Positions 59,521 through 64,000 of a DNA stretch of 64,000 nucleotides are shown piece by piece (position 1 is the stretch's first letter; every line of letters begins with the position of its first letter). Under the pieces are notes generated by a model, which did no database searches, had not been told where the DNA came from, and saw only the letters and a program-made list of their open reading frames with translations. The stretch lies in the IMG/VR virus record IMGVR_UViG_3300012012_002042; one strand, given 5' to 3'. The stretch comes from an uncultured virus (IMG/VR IMGVR_UViG_3300012012_002042) (lineage: Duplodnaviria; Heunggongvirae; Uroviricota; Caudoviricetes). A program made the translations under genes and the position numbers.

Positions 59521-60267
59521 ATGCCAGTAATGACTCCCTGGGCCTTTTTCCGAGACATTCGCACTGATGCAAAAAAACATCACGACATAGATTTCCGCAT
59601 CACCTTCGGCATGCCGGAGATGTCGTGTGAAGATCTGATACTCGGAGTGTACTTCTACCACGACGGGAAGTTCGTGGTGCTGCAACTCAACGAGAAACTC
59701 CGATCCCGAATGCAATTCGGCTGGGTGCGTCCTTCGCAATTCCCGGAAGTGAGTATGCTGAGCATCAGCGACCGCGGCGCCAACGTGCAACAGTGGTGCA
59801 TATTCCGCCCTTCGGAGCAGGGCGCGCAGGTGACAATTCAGAACATGAGCGCCAACGCTTCCAGAGTACCGCTGCGACACGTGCTCACGCGGTTCTACTG
59901 CGGGGAACCAGTGGTTCGTGCGACGGTGCATGACCCGCGTTATCTGCTGCATCTGAAACACCATGAGTCGCGGCAATTGTATAGCACAGCGTTGTGTGTG
60001 AGATCGCCAGAGTCACAGTGGGCCGAGGAGCACTTCCGGCACACCCACAAGATTGTGGCAGCGGTGAACATACGGCAAGAATACCACACGGCGCCGGATG
60101 TTCAGAGGTTGATGGAATTACGCCCCCCAAGATTCTGGATTCACGACACAGAATTGCGGGAGGTGGACGGAGTGGAAGCTGCCAGGCTGGGCAGGGCGAA
60201 AGCGATAGCACATGTGTTTCGCATCGATGGGACGGAGTGGGAACCAATCAAACAAGTAAAAATCTGA
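59521..60267 (+). CDS. hypothetical protein
   Basis: About 248-aa ORF. Confidence 0.6.
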   Translation: MPVMTPWAFFRDIRTDAKKHHDIDFRITFGMPEMSCEDLILGVYFYHDGKFVVLQLNEKLRSRMQFGWVRPSQFPEVSMLSISDRGANVQQWCIFRPSEQGAQVTIQNMSANASRVPLRHVLTRFYCGEPVVRATVHDPRYLLHLKHHESRQLYSTALCVRSPESQWAEEHFRHTHKIVAAVNIRQEYHTAPDVQRLMELRPPRFWIHDTELREVDGVEAARLGRAKAIAHVFRIDGTEWEPIKQVKI

Positions 60268-60290
60268 GCTTATTCTCAATTCGAATCGCA

Positions 60291-60638
60291 ATGCACACCC
60301 CAATGGGGAAGCGCGTTGTTGAGCACTACAAGGGGCATTTGCCATGGGATCGGGGCGAGGAAAAATGGGCGAGGGATCACTTCAAGGCCGCGCACGGAAC
60401 AGGGACGCAACATCTGGGAGGATCAATGGACTGTTTCCCGGAACAGTTCACGGCGGAGATCCCGTTGTCAGCTGCACGAGGCAGTGTTTTTGTGCATCCG
60501 AAGGACTCGGCACAGCCGATTCTGATTCCGCTCGGCGATATTCTGAAGTGCGTAGAGGAGCGCGGTGTGGGGTTTTTCTTCACACCAGCATTTGGAAAGT
60601 GGATTTCTGTTGACGAATTGAAAAACTCGCCGCAGTAA
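60291..60638 (+). CDS. hypothetical protein
   Basis: ATG at 60291; 115 aa. Confidence 0.5.
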   Translation: MHTPMGKRVVEHYKGHLPWDRGEEKWARDHFKAAHGTGTQHLGGSMDCFPEQFTAEIPLSAARGSVFVHPKDSAQPILIPLGDILKCVEERGVGFFFTPAFGKWISVDELKNSPQ

Positions 60639-60713
60639 TTGGAGTTCAATAAAAATTCTCGAAAGTCGGGATGTATCGAGAATCAAATCATAATCTCACC
60701 AACAACAATCAAA

Positions 60714-61685
60714 ATGCGTATATCTAAATCAGCGAAAATGTTCGAGCCCACCGCCGTCCTGCAACATCATGACGTCACCGGCACCCCCCACGGCAGCAAG
60801 GAAGCTGCCATCTACCGCAATGCCCAACTGCACATCGGTCGGCGCATCGCCAACCTGGCATCTATCCTCGGAATGCCAATCGGCGAAATCACGGAGGAGA
60901 CAATCGCAACTGCGGCAACCGCGCTCACCGCGGACGCCCTCGAGGAGACAGCCAAGACGCTGCGCTCCGCCATCCCGATCCTGAAAACGGTGCCGAAAGG
61001 TTTGACCCCGGCGGCCGTCGGCGGTCAGCTCAATGTCGCCGCTGCTGTCACGGAGCCGCCCGCGAAAGTGGTGAAAGCTGGCAAGAGCGCTCCTGCTCCC
61101 AAAGCTGCCAAAGCCGAGACTCCTGCTGGCACACCGATGACCCTCGACGAGGCGAAGCTTTACCTGAAGAAGCACAGCAAGCCGGGCCGTCCGTCGCAGG
61201 CTGTTCTCGACGCTCGCGCAATTGTCGCGGCGGCGGAAGGTGCCGAGGCGGGGAAGCCTGCCGCGTCGAAGCCGGTCAAGGTTGTCAAAGTCGCGGCACC
61301 CAAGAAAGCTGCGCCGAAGAAAGCGGCAGCCCCCGCAGCGGCAGCCACACCGATGACCCTCGACGAGGCGAAGCGTTACCTGAAGAAGCACAGCAAGCCG
61401 GGCCGTCCGTCGCAGGCTGTTCTCGACGCGCGCGCAATTGTCGCGGCGGCGGAAGGTGCCGAGGCGGGGAAGCCTGCCGAAGGTAAAAAAAAAAGTAAGT
61501 CAGCAGTGAGCGAAGCTCCGTCTGTGGCAACCACACCATCTGTGATGGCGGCCCCTGCGGCCTCCGCGGCGTCTCCAGCGTTCACGACGCCGGTGCCGGC
61601 GACGGTTCTGGCGAGTCCCGGAAAAATGCCGGCGATTCCGCAGTCTCCGGACGCGGTCGGCATGCCTCCGCTCCACACGAACTGA
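60714..61685 (+). CDS. histone H1-like Lys/Ala/Pro-rich DNA-binding protein with a duplicated KPGRP domain
   Basis: AAPKKAAPKK; two copies of TPMTLDEAKxYLKKHSKPGRPSQAVLDARAIVAAAEGAEAGKPA. Confidence 0.65.
   Translation: MRISKSAKMFEPTAVLQHHDVTGTPHGSKEAAIYRNAQLHIGRRIANLASILGMPIGEITEETIATAATALTADALEETAKTLRSAIPILKTVPKGLTPAAVGGQLNVAAAVTEPPAKVVKAGKSAPAPKAAKAETPAGTPMTLDEAKLYLKKHSKPGRPSQAVLDARAIVAAAEGAEAGKPAASKPVKVVKVAAPKKAAPKKAAAPAAAATPMTLDEAKRYLKKHSKPGRPSQAVLDARAIVAAAEGAEAGKPAEGKKKSKSAVSEAPSVATTPSVMAAPAASAASPAFTTPVPATVLASPGKMPAIPQSPDAVGMPPLHTN
61130..61479 (+). repeat. 134-bp direct repeat, two copies (61130-61263 and 61346-61479)
   Basis: Near-identical copies with 2 mismatches seen; offset 216 bp, in frame. 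Confidence 0.9.
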
Positions 61686-61709
61686 TTCGGCGAGTTTAAT
61701 CGTTCAGTG

Positions 61710-61746
61710 AAGGCCGTCATTCAGGAAACTGGGTGACGGCCTTTTG
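61710..61746 (+). terminator. intrinsic terminator
   Basis: aaggccgtcattcag-GAAA-ctgggtgacggcctttt. Confidence 0.75.
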
Positions 61747-61811
61747 CTGTTCGCGAGTGGTGGTTGAGATTTTGTTTGCCAAATGCGGAATTACGGTTCA
61801 TTTGTTCGCCC

Positions 61812-62498
61812 ATGGAAAAACCAAGCGAGCCTGCCCCTTCACCCGCAATTCCGAAACCGCAGATAATTGGAGGCGTTGATTGGGGCGCTCGTGAGTCCAA
61901 ATCGGAATCACGCGTTACCATCCATCCGCCCGATAGTATTCCTGCCGGCCCCAATCTGGGGAAGGATTCATTCGTGGCACCATTGCTGGAGAAGATTCAC
62001 GGGAGACTCATCACGGACCCCACCGAGGCCTACAACAAGAAGATGGGTCTCGGACAATTCGCGAACAGTGAGATCACCGAGCTGGCCACCCCATTCATGG
62101 TGAAGTTTCACATCATCGCCAACGCACAGGATGCGTTGACCTCCACCTTTACGGAGCGTGTGTATTTTGTGAGGGCACCGAAGTCGAACATGGGGCAGGC
62201 CAATGTGCGGGCGGTCTGGCTCTGGGACAAATGGGAGAGGGTGAATCAGGGAAAGGAATTCGACGAATACCCGAAGTGCGCCGGCCGTGCTCGTGCCACA
62301 TTCCTCGACGAGTCGGACTGGTTGCAGTTCTGGCGAGATGCGCAGCGGTGGCCTTGTTTTCCGCGTAATTGGAATGAGGCCTTCGCGCCGCCGGCCTTCA
62401 CTTATTTCACGGATGTGGAGTTCGCGAAGATGAACTTCCCGCATGACTGCTTCGACTTTTTCCGTGGCATCAACCCTGAGGAAAATGTCGAAGCGTAA
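61812..62498 (+). CDS. hypothetical protein
   Basis: Trp/Phe-rich 228-aa ORF. Confidence 0.6.
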   Translation: MEKPSEPAPSPAIPKPQIIGGVDWGARESKSESRVTIHPPDSIPAGPNLGKDSFVAPLLEKIHGRLITDPTEAYNKKMGLGQFANSEITELATPFMVKFHIIANAQDALTSTFTERVYFVRAPKSNMGQANVRAVWLWDKWERVNQGKEFDEYPKCAGRARATFLDESDWLQFWRDAQRWPCFPRNWNEAFAPPAFTYFTDVEFAKMNFPHDCFDFFRGINPEENVEA

Positions 62499-62805
62499 TT
62501 ACACAGAAGTCCAGGTCGCTGTTCTCAATTACGAGGATGGCGCGGAAAGCAGGGAACTCGTCACGAGCGTGGAGTCCCTGGGAGAATTGATCGAGCAGGC
62601 GTTGAAGGTCTGCCGGGAATTCGAGACATTCGCCTTACGAGCGGAAACTGAGATTCAATCGCCACGGCTGAAGTTGCTCTTTCACGAGATCAATCAGATG
62701 CGTGAGGACTTCCGCAAAGCCGGGGTGCTGGTGGATATTGGGGACGAGGAAGATGAAGGGGATGGGGAGGAGAAGACAGACGAGGTCGGAGAAAACGAAC
62801 AATAA
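62485..62805 (+). CDS. hypothetical acidic protein
   Basis: ATG at 62485; acidic tail. Confidence 0.55.
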   Translation: MSKRNYTEVQVAVLNYEDGAESRELVTSVESLGELIEQALKVCREFETFALRAETEIQSPRLKLLFHEINQMREDFRKAGVLVDIGDEEDEGDGEEKTDEVGENEQ

Positions 62806-62812
62806 CATTTCA

Positions 62813-63466
62813 ATGAACAAAGACGACGAAAGGGTGCTCTGCGTACCCACGGCAGATGTGGTGGAGATTATCGGAGAAAGGACGGGACTGATCGATCATC
62901 CCGAGTTGCAAGAGAAGCTGGCTGATTTGGTGGTCCAGTCCTGTGCAACGAAGAAATTCGTGCGGCGCGGTGATTGTGAGAGGGATGAGAGCCTGCTGCA
63001 AATCATTCCATACGTGATTTACTGGCTGCGCGATTCCGGTGAGTTCCTGTCGTTCACGCGCGGATCCAAAATCCACGAGAACCGCCTGGCCAACAAGGTC
63101 AGCATCGGCATCGGCGGACACATGAACGAAGAGGATGGCGGGAATTATTTCGAGGCTCTGAAACGTGAACAGCGGGAGGAAGTTTCAGTTCCGCAGGAAC
63201 TCCTCGATACACAGTATCGCGTGAGCGGCTATCTGAGGCTCACCAATACTCCCGTGGATCGTGTCCATTTCGGCGTGGTGCATCTGGTGACAGTGCCGAG
63301 GGAAGCGCGTGAGAAGTTCCTGGTGCCTCCGTATGAGTCGGAAAATCTCACAGATTTGCAGTGGAGGACTGCGGAACAATTGCGCGCACTTTATTTGGTT
63401 GGGCGCCTTGAACCGTGGTCGGTGCAGTCGTTGAAAATGTTTCTCAGCATCGGACACGAGCAATGA
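62813..63466 (+). CDS. NUDIX-family phosphoesterase (COG4112/YmaB-like)
   Basis: E.DESLLQIIPY, SIGIGGHMN, ALKREQREEV and VHFG motifs. Confidence 0.8.
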   Translation: MNKDDERVLCVPTADVVEIIGERTGLIDHPELQEKLADLVVQSCATKKFVRRGDCERDESLLQIIPYVIYWLRDSGEFLSFTRGSKIHENRLANKVSIGIGGHMNEEDGGNYFEALKREQREEVSVPQELLDTQYRVSGYLRLTNTPVDRVHFGVVHLVTVPREAREKFLVPPYESENLTDLQWRTAEQLRALYLVGRLEPWSVQSLKMFLSIGHEQ

Positions 63467-64000
63467 TCGTGGAAAAAATGGGCGTGTCCTCAATGCGCGC
63501 CTTCATCGACAAGTGTGATCAGCAGTATTACAACGGCAGCTCGGATGTCCACGACAGTCTCTATGACCAGGTCAAGGCGCAGCTGAAAGCCTCCTGCCCG
63601 GATGACCCTCGCCTGACCCGCGTCGGCCCGCCGGTGATGGACTCCACACACGGTAAGATTCGACACTCGCATCCGATGGGATCGCTGGAGAACGTGCACA
63701 CGCCGGCGGAGTTCGACAAGTGGTGGGACAGCGTTCTGGCTTCCTACCCACACGCACGTGCGAATTGCAGTCAGAAGGCAGACGGCAGCAGCGTGTCCGT
63801 CAAATATGTGGACGGAGAATTGAAGCAGGGTCTGACGCGGGGCAATCACGAGATCGGAGACGACGTCACATCGAACATCGCCATGATCCCGAATGTGCCT
63901 CTGGTTGCCCATTTGGATGAGCGACCCTTCACCGGGTTCGTCCGTGGGGAAGTCGTGCTCACGACTGCGGCGTGGCTGAAGTTGGATCCGGATCAGACTT
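63463..64000 (+). CDS. ligA: NAD-dependent DNA ligase (partial, runs off the window)
   Basis: Manual translation: YYNG..DVHDSLYD, HSHPMGSL, QKADGSS, TRGN..GDDVT, VRGEV. Confidence 0.9.
   Translation, partial: MIVEKMGVSSMRAFIDKCDQQYYNGSSDVHDSLYDQVKAQLKASCPDDPRLTRVGPPVMDSTHGKIRHSHPMGSLENVHTPAEFDKWWDSVLASYPHARANCSQKADGSSVSVKYVDGELKQGLTRGNHEIGDDVTSNIAMIPNVPLVAHLDERPFTGFVRGEVVLTTAAWLKLDPDQT

Noticed and set aside
1..64000. CRISPR array, other cas genes, tRNAs, reverse transcriptase/DGR
   Set aside because: No regularly spaced repeats, cloverleafs, or RT/cas motifs were recognised by eye; intergenic gaps are few and short. A computational scan could still find weak cases.
1..64000. Alternative genetic code (stop-codon reassignment)
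   Set aside because: Genes tile densely under the standard code, and TAA, TGA and TAG all end apparently complete genes

Overview
This 64-kb window is part of a large (jumbo-type) tailed phage genome, probably a myovirus. It is densely coding and almost entirely on the + strand. Structural and packaging genes: baseplate hub, wedge and J-like proteins, a Cys-repeat fibre-like protein, a gpA-type terminase, a probable portal, and glycine-zipper head/ejection proteins. Replication, recombination and repair genes: RNase H, SbcD/SbcC, an SF2 helicase, a DnaB-like helicase, a primase, a UDG-fused family A DNA polymerase, a RecA-like recombinase, an intein-containing RecQ, a RusA-like protein and an NAD-dependent ligase. 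Transcription genes: a sigma-70-family factor and two pieces of a split bacterial-type RNA polymerase beta subunit. Start codons generally lack Shine-Dalgarno motifs, and several genes look leaderless. The most interesting items are: (1) a stand-alone Cas7/RAMP-like gene (25229-25876) inside the recombination operon, with no cas genes or CRISPR array in view; (2) a ~370-nt highly structured, pseudoknotted candidate ncRNA at 15.97-16.34 kb, plus a second structured non-coding island at 59.2-59.5 kb; (3) the split RNAP beta, which carries the K-x-A motifs that recur in head proteins and may therefore be a virion-packaged, proteolytically matured RNAP; (4) a C4/CI-like attenuator leader and a 32-bp perfect palindrome upstream of a replication-initiator-like gene. 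All calls come from recognising motifs by eye; no searches or folding programs were run.
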